From Paraspadella gotoi (Eukaryota > Animalia > Chaetognatha): a DNA stretch of 64,000 nucleotides. The notes under the pieces were generated by a model. It saw only the letters and a list, made by a program, of their open reading frames with translations. It had not been told where the DNA came from and did not search any database. How positions within the stretch are numbered: the stretch's first letter is position 1; each line of letters starts with the position of its first letter. Positions 13,980-25,929 of the stretch are shown in pieces. The stretch covers positions 31,353,115 through 31,417,114 of the forward strand of contig CM119264.1 of assembly GCA_051294375.1 (NCBI GenBank), in the 5' to 3' direction. Made by a program: the position numbers and the translations under genes.

Positions 13980-14024
<45 letters not shown>

Positions 14025-15516
14025 CATGCACCTTTATATTATGTTTTAAAGTATTTTGATAACGAAACAACAAAAAGAAACCAAAACATATAATATAATA
14101 TAATATAATATAATATAAATAATTAAATCATACCAATTTGAACATCAAAACGAAAAGAAATGCCAACGTTGATAGACTAAAAGTTTCAGACGATGAAAAG
14201 AATAAAAAAAGGGGTAAAAGACCAAAGAAGTACAGATGGGAGAAGAGAATGGAAGAAACAGATGGATAACAGATGACGAGAACAGATGTGAAAAACAGAT
14301 GGGATGTTCAAATTGGGAGTACAGATTGAGGAACAGATGGGAGAACAGATGAGAGTACAGGTGGAGAAACAGAAATGGAGAACGTGGTTTTTAGGAACAT
14401 AGGAAAAAGAAACAATTGCGAAGAACAGATTGGAGACCAGCTGGGAAACACAGGAAAAACAGAGGAAAAAACAGATATGTGAGAACACATGGAAGCAATA
14501 GCATGTGGACCAGATGGGCAAGAAATAGATGGGAGAACAGATGGGAAACAGTATGGCGCTAGACGGCGTAGTTAAAATTCCTAAGTTTAACTTTATATAA
14601 AATTCTAAAATGGAGAACGAACAACATTATACTTATGAACATTATGTAATTAAAAAAAACATTTCTTAATAAATTTTACAAATTTTACCACCTCGCAGTA
14701 GGACCATTACATGTGTATACTCTGCTACAAACCAAAAAATTGTTTAAAATTCAAAAACAGTTTTGTTCTTATAGATTTTTTTTGCAGATTATGGATTTCC
14801 GTCCATTAAAAAGCTATGATAAAAAGAAAGATATAACTCTTTTACGTAAAAATTTCCTTCATATAAGTGCAGCAAAAAATTAGATAAAAAGCTACTATTT
14901 TAAGCTGAAAAATTAACTTTATATATTAAAATGATATAGTTTTTAATTTTTTAAACCCACTTAATGAAATAATTTTTAAAAAAATTGAATTATATTTTCT
15001 TTATCCAAACTTTTGGAACGAGGAATTCAAATCTGCAAATCAAAAATAAGAAAAGCCTATTTTGAAATTTTCGATTTATAAAGGATAGTACTATATATAA
15101 ATATAGCCTACTGCGAAAATTAAAAAACCAATAACAAATTTAATTGCTTTTTTGTTACAAATTAATTCACTGATGGTATTTTGTTCATAATTGACTTTTA
15201 GAATTTCGTATCTGCTAACTTTCACTACGCCTTAATGCGGGTAGCAGATTGAGGAATAGATAGTGAGCGATATCGTGTTTTAAATTGAAAGATATTTGCA
15301 TGAAGCGAAATTATGCGGTTGAAACGATGGGTGAGAGATAACTCATTAAGGGAACAGATGGACCGGGACACAGCAGATGATTGATTAAGGAAAAGAAGAG
15401 GAGGGAATTAATTAGAAGGAGGAGAACGGCAAGGAGTAGTGATGAGAGGAGGAGACGAAAGGCAGGATGAGATAAAAGATTACAAACATTTATATGCATA
15501 AATGATTTTGTTGCAG

Positions 15517-15619
15517 ATGGTCCTAGTCGTCGTGCGTCGTGTCGTCGTCGCGTCGTTTGGAATCGATGAAAAAAAATCATCCAGACCGAAAAAGAGTAGA
15601 CGAGTCGCGAATTTTGAGA

Positions 15620-15700
<81 letters not shown>

Positions 15701-16146
15701 GAGAAGAGAGAGAGAACAAGAGAAGAGAGAGAGTAGAGAGAGAGAGAAAGACTGAGAGAGGAGAGAGAGAGAGAAGACGGAGAGAGACGAAGAGAGAGAG
15801 AGAGAGAGATATGGAGACTAGAGAAGGTAGTAGAGAGAGTGAGAAAGACAGAGAGAGAGACGAGAAGAGGAGAGAGAGATAGAGAAGAGAGAGAAGAGAG
15901 TCGAGAGAGAAGAAAGACTGAGGAGAGAGTAGAGAGAGAGAGAGAAGAGAGAAAAAAGAGAAAGACTGAGAAAGGAGAGAGAGTTGAGAGAGAGAGAAGA
16001 GAGAGAGGAGAGAGAGAGAGAGAGAAGAGAGAGAAAGAATGGGAGAGAAGAGAGAGAGTAGAGGTAAGAAAAGAGAAAGGCTGAGAGAGAAGAGAGAAGA
16101 GAGAGCGGGCGAAAGAGAGAGAGAGATAGGAAGAGGAGAGTGAGCG
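15517..16146 (+). CDS. Candidate penultimate exon of gene A, Arg/Glu-rich and (GA)n-encoded
   Basis: Acceptor TTTTGTTGCAG, reading (D)GPSRRRR..GIDEKKSSRPKKS..FEKRERERE; donor GCG|GTAAAC; ~59-nt intron before the terminal exon. The upstream exon ends DPPHSSRDLHSKDYSRQN-G|GTAAAG at 1162 (copy 1) in matching phase 1. Confidence 0.4.
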
Positions 16147-17446
16147 GTAAACGTTTCATTTTTCGCTCTTATTACTTTTGCCCGAATTTCGATTTTCTTT
16201 TTTAGTCCGACAGACAGACAGAAAGACAGACAGAAAAGCAAAACGGGAATAGACAGGCTGATTTTCTGAAAAAAACGTTTAAAAGGAGAAAGAGAGAAAA
16301 GATCTTGAAAGAACGAGACACGGCGTTTAAGTGACCACGGCGCCGTGGCCAATGACAAGCCGTGGCAATGACACGTTGAGGCATCCCGCAATGGACTTCC
16401 ATGGCGCCGTTGCAATAAGACCGGGTTGGCAACGTTGCAACCAATTCAGATATCAAAGGCCAAAAAGCGAAGGCGAGAAATCTCTCTCACTTTCCCTGAT
16501 TTTTTTTGATAATTGGACGAAAGAGGAGGGGGAGAGAGGGAAGAAGAAGGGAGGAAAGAAAGGGCAGGAAGAAATGAAGAGGAGAAGGAAAGAAAAGAGG
16601 AGGAAAGGGAGGAAAGAAAGAGGAAGAGGAGAGAAAGAAAGAGAGGAGAGAAAGGAAAAGAGAGGAGAGAGGGAGAGAAAGAGGAGAAGAAGAAAGAAGA
16701 GCGAGGAAGAGAAGCGAGAGAAGAGGAGGAAAAGTTGTAGGAAGAAGAAGAGAGGGAGAAAGGAGAAGAAGAGGAGGAGGAAAGAGCAGGGATAGAGGGG
16801 GAAGGGAGGAGGAAGAAGAGATGAGAGAGGAGGAAGGAGGAGAGGAAGAGAAAAAAAAGAGGAAGAAGAAAAGGAGGAGGAAGAGGAGGAAGAAGAAGAG
16901 GAGGAGGAAAGAGGGAGGAAGGGTAGGAAGATGAAGAGGAGGAGAAAGAAGAGGAGGAAGAAGAGGCGGAAAGAGGCAGGAAGAGGGGGAAAGGGAGGAA
17001 GGGAGGAAGAAGATGAGAATGAGGAAAGTGGGAGGCAGAGGAGAAAAGGGAGGAAGAAGAAGAAGAGGAAGAGGAAGAAGAGGAAGAAAGGGAGGAAGAA
17101 TACGAGGAGGAAAGGAGGGGTGACAGAGAAAAATTAACTTAAAAAATGATAAAGATAATTAATTAAAATTATTTTTAATAAATATCAATTATTTTTATTG
17201 ATTTAATTTATCTCAAGGGGTTTTAAGTGTGACTCAGTCTTTCTTTGAGTTAAATCAAAATATTTCGATATGATAATTAATATAATGTAAGAGGTGATTG
17301 AAAGTGATGAAGCAATTTAATGTGATGTAGTCATGAATGACTTGATGCGGTGATTTGGTTTTTGCATGTGATGTAGTGATTGAACGGTGGCCTTCGATGA
17401 GGACGGTGAAATTGTGAGGAAATGGATTGGAAAGAAATCCCGGGAA

Positions 17447-17477
<31 letters not shown>

Positions 17478-17617
17478 NNNNNNNNNNNNNNNNNNNNNNN
17501 NNNNNNNNNNNNNNNNNNNNNNNNNNNNNNNNNNNNNNNNNNNNNNNNNNNNNNNNNNNNNNNNNNNNNNNNNNNNNNNNNNNNNNNNNNNNNNNNCCCC
17601 AATTCTCTCTCTATGAT

Positions 17618-17651
<34 letters not shown>

Positions 17652-17759
17652 CGCTCCTCATCTCTCCTTCTGTCTCTCCCTCTTTTCTCCTCTTCTCTCT
17701 GCGAGGAGGGGTAAGCGAAGGTAAGGTAGTTATGGAAAGGAGGAAAGGAAAGGAGGCAG

Positions 17760-18950
17760 TTATGGAAAGGGAGGAGGGGTAAGCGAAGGTAAGGTAGTTA
17801 TGGAAAGGAGTCGACGCCAAGAAAGGTCATCCAAGCGAGAGGGAAAGGTCGGCTCGAGGTAAGTCGAGTTAAAGGTCATATATACGAAAAAACGGGAAAG
17901 CGGAGACTTACTCGAAAATCTTTTGACTTTTCCTTGATTTTTTTTATCCATGTCTTTTTTTTTGGCGGGAAAAAGAGAATTCATATTTTGGAGAGAGATA
18001 TACTGTTAGTGAACGAATTTTGTGTATGTATATACAATACATTTGTATACATATCAGTATACAAGGTGATAGACAGACGCGGGTCTATTACCCCCTCCTT
18101 CTCATTCACCTCCTCTTCATCCTGCTCCCAGGGATTCGGGGCCGCGTTCACGAGATTCAGTTCACCTTTCTCTCTCTTCTCCTACTAGTTTCTCTCCCTT
18201 TTTTTACCCTCATGATTGTCGCCGTATAGATTTTCCTGCCGTCAATATATATTTTCCCGCATTCTCGTGACTTTACTTTCGGTTAGGATACCTTTTCAGA
18301 GCATATATATAAAATACATTTGTAGCTGAGTAATCTTTGGTTAATTTCGACTTGGTTTTTTAAAATCATTTGCATATTGTAGCAGTCTAGATTATTTTTT
18401 ATGACTATCGATTCTTCCTTCTTAGAAGTGAAAGATTATTATTTTAACATAATACACATTTTCTTACGGTGACGGAATAGATAGATAGTTGCTCGACTAA
18501 TATGATAACTGTCCTACGTCAAGTTCAAGTTTCTCCTGAATTTCACATTTCGTCATTGTCATTTTCCCTGGTTCGATTTAGCCGTAAAGGAAAGAGGGAA
18601 AACGGGAGAAAATTAGTATCTGAGTTATTTTTATTTTTATCTTTCGAACGTCGTGGGAGCCCAAGTTGAGTTGCTTCGCGAGCAGCGGACCAAAACGTCT
18701 TTAGCAAGTTGGAAGTTTATATTTTAAGCTCATTTTAATGTCACCTTTTATATTTTTAAATTCGAAATTAAATTCATAATTTGTAGCCTCGATTTCATGT
18801 GAAGAAAACATTGAAAATCCGATCCTCGTCATATTGAATTGTTGATGATTGATGAATGAATTTACAAAATCCTTCCTAATTCTGAACCGTCCTTTCTCGA
18901 AACCAAAGTCAGACAACGATTATCAAAACAAATTGTTCGAACCACAAACT
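17760..18950 (-). CDS. Candidate coding region of an unidentified gene B (also ~6060-7260), frameshifted by read errors
   Basis: Non-repetitive ~1.2 kb. Comparing the two copies gives long minus-strand frames: LSDFGFEKGRFRIRKDFVNSF...KYKLPLAKDVLVRCSRSNSTW, VTVRKCVLM...DCYNMQMIF...LLSYKCILYICSEK, ELNLVNAAPNPWEQDEEEVNEK. Confidence 0.3.
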
Positions 18951-19107
18951 AGTTATGATATAGAAGGAAGGATAAAAATTATAAATGAAATTATATGTAA
19001 AAATTGAGCAGTAAAAACGACAAAAAAGTTTTAGGAAAAAAAATTCATATAAAAAACGTTTTTTTCCCAGTAGACCTTAGAATGATGGTAATGCCAACCC
19101 ACTTGTC

Positions 19108-19159
<52 letters not shown>

Positions 19160-19699
19160 GGACTCTCTTTCTCCTTTTTCTCTTTTCGCATTTGTTAAAT
19201 GGCTAGGGCCTGACACCATAAGCAAATGACATCAAGGTAAACTCTCTCTCTCTGTGTTTGTTTGACTGTTCGTCTGTTCGTCTCTGTGCCTCGCTTTTTC
19301 TTTTTTTCATTCAACTGATGGATAACCCTTAAAGACATCATGATCACTTAAAGTTCTCTCTCTCTCTTTCTTTCTCTCTCCCTCTCCCACATTCGACTCA
19401 GACACTTAGTTTGATGACTCGGTGTTGATCTTCTGAGAATTGCGCGGTTCTTTTTAAAAGTTCCCAAACTCAATTTAGTGATCAGAAAATTAGGAGCTTT
19501 TTCAAAGACCCTTTTTCTCTGAGCAAACAACTTTTTAACTTTCGAAACAACTTAAATGTCATTACATCCTTAGATGTCATTAGATCTCATTAGATGTCAT
19601 TACTTCCCAAGTTTTATCTTCGATTTTAGTCCTCATTGTTTAACAGTACAGATATGGTCAAAAAACGTTTAATAGTTTTATTTTGTTATTTGAAGGAAA

Positions 19700-20327
19700 A
19701 CAATATTTTTTAGGACAACCATTTTTTTCCAGCACTACTTCTATGTGACAAGGAAGAAAGTCATAGAGGCTGCACAAATATGAAGGGATCAGCTCCCGCC
19801 AAATGCATTTTATAATTTTTTTGATTTTGCCAACTGTCAGAGTATTGAACTATAAATTTTTTTTATTTTTGACTAAACATTTTTGATAATGTTGCTATCA
19901 GGCAAGTTTCCGGGCCAACCTTCAAGCTCCTTAATCCTGTTTTCATCATAAAATTTTTGGGTAGCTTTGGTTTTGTATCCAAAAGCTCCATCCTCCATAA
20001 AAAGATACCAATTTACTGTTAAACGACTGGTGACGATTCCTTTTTCTTCTCTCTACTTTTTTTAAACTGGTTTTCAGAAGCCATACAGTGTTAAATTGCG
20101 AGACTTTTTAGGTCATCGTCCTTGCTGTTTGTGGACATGCAAGGCCTCCTCCTTCCAACTGCTCGTCCAAGGTCTCCAGTTGCTTCAAATTTGTTGATAA
20201 CTCTGCAGACGGCTGTGAGAAAAAAATACAACTGTTTCGCGATCCTATATTTTAACAAACCCGCCTCCCAAAGATCAACAATTGCAGCTTTTTTGGGGGG
20301 TTTAGCTGTTTTAAAGTTTTTATACAT
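19700..20327 (-). pseudogene. Tc1-like transposase pseudogene
   Basis: HTH region AAIVDLWEAG..RIAKQL..AVCRVINKFEATGDL..GRRRP; catalytic remnants MEDGAFGYKTKATQKF and WPGNLPDSNIIKNV (cf. QDGAPAH and WPGNSPDLNPIENVW); in-frame stops; the segment with the first catalytic Asp is missing. Confidence 0.88.
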
Positions 20328-20400
20328 TGTATTCTCTCTCTTTCTCTCTCTTTCTCTCCCTCAAAAAACTGATGTTTGAGATATGTGACTTTGATATTTT

Positions 20401-20446
20401 CTCTTGCTGATGAAGATTCGAAACAAAGTCGAAACATGTCCTTATA
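20401..20446 (+). ncRNA. Degenerate Penelope-type (type I, minimal) hammerhead ribozyme motif
   Basis: CTGATGA-A-GATT...AGTC-GAAAC-ATGTC with palindromic ACATGT stem III. Stem I does not pair. Confidence 0.5.
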
Positions 20447-20799
20447 AACTTATTAAATTGTTGTTCAAAAACAAATTTTCGTTACACTCCTTAAAGTTTT
20501 TATAATAAAAAAAATAAATAAAAAATAATTTTTATGCAATAAAAAAAATTAGATCCTTTTTTTATTTTAGCACATCTTTTAGAATATTTAGCCTAAAAAC
20601 CTTATTATAAGCTCAAATAAAAGATCTTTATCTTGGCTTCCAAATGAACCCAAGTTTCAATTAATAGGACAACAGACAAGCGAGATAGTACGGGGTTCAA
20701 AGTTTAAACTTTTTTTTTACCATATCTGTACTTTTCCATTTCATTGTGTTTTTCGTTCTGGTTCCTTCTCTCTACTTCCTCCTTTTATTTCTTAAACTT

Positions 20800-21020
20800 A
20801 TAATCCAATCACCAACCATAATCTCTCACCATAACCTAATCCTAAACCCAAACCCTAAACGCTACTCTCTAACCCAAATCACTAACCTTATTCACAAATC
20901 AAGTCCATAACCTTAAATCAAACTAATCCCTAACTTAATACCTAACTTTAACCTCTAACCTAATCTAATCTAAATTAATCTAATCTAAATTAATCTAATC
21001 TGAATTAATCTAATTCCAAA
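20800..21020 (-). repeat. Degenerate telomere-like (CCTAA/CTAACC) interstitial array
   Basis: CCTAATCCTAAACCCAAACCCTAAAC..., the reverse orientation of the arrays at 141-680 and 58.2 kb. Confidence 0.7.
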
Positions 21021-21181
21021 TTAGTAATAAAATTCCACAATTTCATTCCTTTGTTTTTTTTTGTGCTGAACTTCTCCCTCTTTGTCTTCTTGCTACTCCT
21101 TCTCTTCCTCCTCCTCGCTCTCCTCCTTCTTTTCTTCCTCTTCTTCCTCCTCCTCATCCTCCTCCTCCCTCCCCCGTCGCC

Positions 21182-21290
21182 ATGGCAACGAGCGATGAGG
21201 AAATGGACCGAAACCGGAAGTCGAACGGGAATCGAAGGCAAAGAAATGACGAGGAAATTCTGGAGGTCAAGCACGTGGTTGGATCGATGG
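21182..21290 (+). CDS. Candidate first coding exon (MATSDEEMDRNRKSNGNRRQRNDEEILEVKHVVGSM); strand ambiguous
   Basis: GC-rich island with GCCATGG context and possible donor G|GTCAGT. The minus strand also gives an AG-preceded open frame (EFPRHFFAFDSRSTSGFGPFPHRSLPWRR..stop). Confidence 0.25.
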
Positions 21291-21570
21291 GTCAGTCACG
21301 TTGTTAGATAGTTCAGTCACGTGATTGGATCGATGGGTCACGTGGTTGGATCAATGAGTCAGTCACTTTGTTAGATAGTTCAGTAGTTATGGGTTGCATG
21401 GTTGGATCAATGGGTCAGTCACGTGGTTGGATTGATGGGTCACATGGTTTGAGTTCGAGGTCACATGGTTTGATCAATAGGTCAGTCACGTTATTACATA
21501 GGTCAGTCACGTGGTTGAATCAATGCGTCAGTTAAGTGGTCAGATTGGTCAGTCTCGTTATTGGATCACA
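21270..21570. repeat. Minisatellite ~GGTCAGTCACGTGGTTGGATCGATG
   Basis: About a dozen degenerate 21-25 bp units, several with CACGTG or CACATG. Confidence 0.8.
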
Positions 21571-22112
21571 TTGGGTCATTCTCCCCAAATTCGACCCACG
21601 ATTCCTTCGCTCGTTTCCATTTTTTCCGTCACATCGACGAAGAGATTGAGAATCGAGATTTGCCGCAAAAAGGATTTTGCTTCAAACATTAATGTTGCTG
21701 CAAACGTTAATGTTGCTGTAATCATTAATGTTGCTGCAAACGTTAATGTTGCTGCAAACGGCGATTGAGGGGAAAACGAATAACCGTAAATACGTATTTT
21801 CTCTCTCTCTCTCTCTCTCTCTCTCCACCTTTTATTTTTGAATTTATATGAAGGTAATAATTCGCTTCATGTTATTTTTAAAAGAAAGATGAAAATTTGT
21901 TTACATTTTTTAATATTAAATGATAATAATAAAAGTCGCTTTTATATTTATCAAAGTTTCACGTTTAAAGAGAAATAAATCCTCTTAGACTTAGCAATCT
22001 TTTTGTGTCAAAGTTTAGTTTGGGAGATTTATTTACTAAATGACTTGGTTAATTATTTGATATTATTTGATCTGATAAAGGGAGAGAAAGAGAGAGAGAA
22101 AAAAAAAATAGT

Positions 22113-22147
<35 letters not shown>

Positions 22148-22922
22148 GAAAGGTTAATCTCCGGCAAATCTGTCGTTGATGACGAAAGATCCGAAGTTTC
22201 TTTTCCTCTGGATTCAGAGAAGCGAAGGTCGAGATTGAAGCGAGGTCGAATGGTGAGATAGAGACAGAGACGATGACATCAACAAGAGAAACAGACGTTG
22301 AAAGGTGAGATGGAGACAGAGAGAATGACATCAACATTAAAACGAAGACTTTTGACAATAAAAATCATTCATCAAACACGAAACAGATTCTCAAAAAACA
22401 AAAATATTTACATTTGTAAAGCAACAAACCTAGAATAAAATATTTGAATGTTAATTAGAAAACTAAATTATAAACACCATTAAAATTATTGGCACAATAG
22501 TAAAATATTATTTTATGAAAATTGTATCAAAAAATATTAAAAATGATCTAAAATGCTACAATATGTAAATTAGATAAAATCAACGATTAAGATATATAAA
22601 ACATGAACATAAAAAACAAAAAAACGAAACAAAAAGAAATAAAGAAAACAAATCCGAAACAAAATAATGATGAAAATTAAATCTTTGTTTTTTCTTTTTT
22701 TTTATTTTTTTCTTCTTTTCTTCTTTTTTTCTTTTTTTTTCTTAGTCGCATCTAACAACAAATTTATTCATCCTTTTTTACGAGAATCATAATCGTTATT
22801 GAGAGAGAAAGATTACAGATGCAGACGACAGATGCAAAATGAGTGGAAGACGACAAGTGACAGATGCAACGACAAACAAGAGGGAAAAATATGTCTCGAC
22901 AAATACTATAAAATCTCTCTCG

Positions 22923-22953
<31 letters not shown>

Positions 22954-23885
22954 NNNNNNNNNNNNNNNNNNNNNNNNNNNNNNNNNNNNNNNNNNNNNNN
23001 NNNNNNNNNNNNNNNNNNNNNNNNNNNNNNNNNNNNNNNNNNNNNNNNNNNNNNNNNNNNNNNNNNNNNNNNNNNNNNNNNNNNNNNNNNNNNNNNNNNN
23101 NNNNNNNNNNNNNNNNNNNNNNNNNNNNNNNNNNNNNNNNNNNNNNNNNNNNNNNNNNNNNNNNNNNNNNNNNNNNNNNNNNNNNNNNNNNNNNNNNNNN
23201 NNNNNNNNNNNNNNNNNNNNNNNNNNNNNNNNNNNNNNNNNNNNNNNNNNNNNNNNNNNNNNNNNNNNNNNNNNNNNNNNNNNNNNNNNNNNNNNNNNNN
23301 NNNNNNNNNNNNNNNNNNNNNNNNNNNNNNNNNNNNNNNNNNNNNNNNNNNNNNNNNNNNNNNNNNNNNNNNNNNNNNNNNNNNNNNNNNNNNNNNNNNN
23401 NNNNNNNNNNNNNNNNNNNNNNNNNNNNNNNNNNNNNNNNNNNNNNNNNNNNNNNNNNNNNNNNNNNNNNNNNNNNNNNNNNNNNNNNNNNNNNNNNNNN
23501 NNNNNNNNNNNNNNNNNNNNNNNNNNNNNNNNNNNNNNNNNNNNNNNNNNNNNNNNNNNNNNNNNNNNNNNNNNNNNNNNNNNNNNNNNNNNNNNNNNNN
23601 NNNNNNNNNNNNNNNNNNNNNNNNNNNNNNNNNNNNNNNNNNNNNNNNNNNNNNNNNNNNNNNNNNNNNNNNNNNNNNNNNNNNNNNNNNNNNNNNNNNN
23701 NNNNNNNNNNNNNNNNNNNNNNNNNNNNNNNNNNNNNNNNNNNNNNNNNNNNNNCCTCCCTCTCTCTCTCTCTCTCCGCGCAAAAGGTCGATTCCATTAT
23801 TGCACCAATATTTCCGGTTTCGCGCGGAATTTTTCCTCCGCGTTTCGAATCCTGACTCTGGCATTTAGCGACTTTGCCCCAGGGT

Positions 23886-24242
23886 CGTTGGAGCATTCGG
23901 GGGTTGATAGAGCATTTGGTGGGTCGATTGGAGCTTTTGGTGGGTCGATTGGAGCATTTGTTTGGTTATTTGAAGCATTTCAGAGTTGATTGGAGCATTT
24001 GGCCGGTCGAGTGGAGCATTTGTTGGGTTGTTTGGAGCATTTGGTATGGTTTAGAGCATTTTCTGGGTTGATTAGAGCAATTTTGGATGACTAAAGCATT
24101 TGGGTGTTGACTGAAGCAATTAGGGGTTGACTGGAGCATTTGGTTGGTGGGTTGGAACATTTAGGGTTGTATGGAGTATTTGGCAGGATGATTGGAGCAT
24201 TGGGGGTATATTTGAGCTTTTAAGGGGTTCATTGGAGCATTT
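23886..24242. repeat. 21-bp minisatellite (TTGGAGCATTTGGTGGGTCGA)n
   Basis: Regular recurrence of GGAGCATTT every ~21 bp. Confidence 0.85.
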
Positions 24243-25758
24243 AAGAGTATTTAATAATTTAAAAATTTATTTAAAATAAAGAAAGTCCGACTTGTTTAGA
24301 ATTGGATGACTCGGTTTCGAACTCTTGACCTTTAAAGCGATAATCTGCGATTTGATCTCGATCCTGAAAGTGAAAATGATTCCTGGGGTGTGAGAGAGAT
24401 TTGTTACGGGTGGAGAAGAGAGGAAGGGGGGAGAGAGGAAAGAAAGAGAAGAGAAGAGAAGAGAAGAGAAGAGAAGAGAAGAGAAGAGAAGAGAAGGTAA
24501 GGCAAGTTAAAATGATTTAAAGAAAGACAAGGGGGAAGAATAAAGCGAGGGAGGAAGAAAAAGGAGGAAGAGAAGGAGGAGGGGGAGGAAGAGGAGGAAG
24601 AAAAAGGAGGAAGAGAAGGAGGAGGGGGAGGAAAAGGAGGAATAAAAAGGAGGAAGAGGAGGGGGAAGAAGAGGAGGAAAGAGAAATGGTTCTTCGTCCA
24701 AAGCGCAATAGGGTCAAATCGAAAAAAGAGACTGGGTTAAAAAGAAAAAAAGAAAAAAAAACGAGAAAGAAAGCGTCATGTTGTTGTCTTCATCATCTTT
24801 GTCGTCATATTCGTCGTGGTCGTCATTTTCATCTTTTTCATCGTCGTCGTTGTCTTTATCTTCATCGTCTTCATCATCATCATCGTCGTCTTCTTCATCG
24901 TCGTCTTCATCGTCGTCTTCTTCATCGTCTTCATCATCGTCTTCCACACTAACTTCGCCCCCGCGGCGGAAATGGATAACGTCAAAATCTGCGAGAGTTG
25001 ATTAATGTCGTTGTTGTTGTCATCGCCCTTCTCCTCATCCTCCTCCTCCTCCTTTTCTTCCTCCTGATGACATCGTCGTCGTTCAATAATTGTTCTTCTT
25101 CCTCTTCGGAGCCAAATTAATACTCATGTCGTCTTCATCCTCATTGTCTTCATTGTCGTCGTCGTCGTTGTTGTTGTTGTCTTCATCTTCGTTGTCTTCA
25201 TCGTAGTCGTCGTCATCGTCTTCATCGTCGTCGTCGTCGTCTTCATCTTCGTTGTCTTCATCGTAGTCGTCGTCATCGTCTTCATCGTCATCGTCTTCAT
25301 CGTCATCGTCTTCATCTTCGTAGTCGTCGTCGTTTTCATCGTCGTCGTCGTCTTCATCGTCGTCGTTGTTGTCGTCTTCTTTTTCTTCAAACTTTATTTA
25401 CAGCCTCGTTTCTTTTCTTTTATTGTCTTTTCTTTTTTTCTTTTCTTTTTCTTTTCTTATATTTGTCTTTTCTTTTATTTTTCTTTTCTTTTAATGACTT
25501 TTCTTTTCTTTTCTTTTCTTTTCTTTTCTTTTCTTTTCTTTTCTTTTTCTTTTCTCTTATTGTCTTTTCTCTGAAAAAATTTTTTTCCTTTAATTTTTTA
25601 TATTTTTATTTAAAATCAAAGAAAAAAAAAGGAAAAAAAAGGGAAAAAAAAAGAAATTAAAATTTTCTTATACTTCATGTTTCGTTTAGGAAAGAATTGT
25701 TTTATATTTTGCAACGAATTATGTTAATTTGGTTCTTATGCCTTGCTTCCTCCGAAAT

Positions 25759-25808
<50 letters not shown>

Positions 25809-25929
25809 CTCTCTCACTCTCTCTCTCTCTCTTCTATATATAATATATATATATATATGAATTACTCACAACATGTTAAAAAATTTTTTCCTTCAATACA
25901 ATTAAAATCCTTTCATTCCATATTTTGAT

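Larger units (their letters stand above)
12797..19245 (+). repeat. Redundant copy of ~121-7590 (assembly duplication), continuing into unique sequence
   Basis: Same order of TTAGG array, palindrome, minisatellite, MITE and exons; indel-type differences; begins after a 25-N gap. Confidence 0.92.
19649..20728 (-). mobile_element. Internally deleted Tc1/mariner (Tc1-type) DNA transposon
   Basis: TA|CAGATATGGTCAAAAAACGTTTAA ... TTAAACTTTTTTTTTACCATATCTG|TA gives TIRs plus a TA TSD, with transposase remnants inside. Confidence 0.92.

Noticed and set aside
23780-23885. KGRFHYCTN resembling a Cav/Nav channel S5-pore loop
   Set aside because: Flanking residues do not fit, and no other channel exons are visible.
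22764-23989. Long ORFs of 230-396 aa here and at 34839-35916
   Set aside because: They are open only because they run through N gaps.
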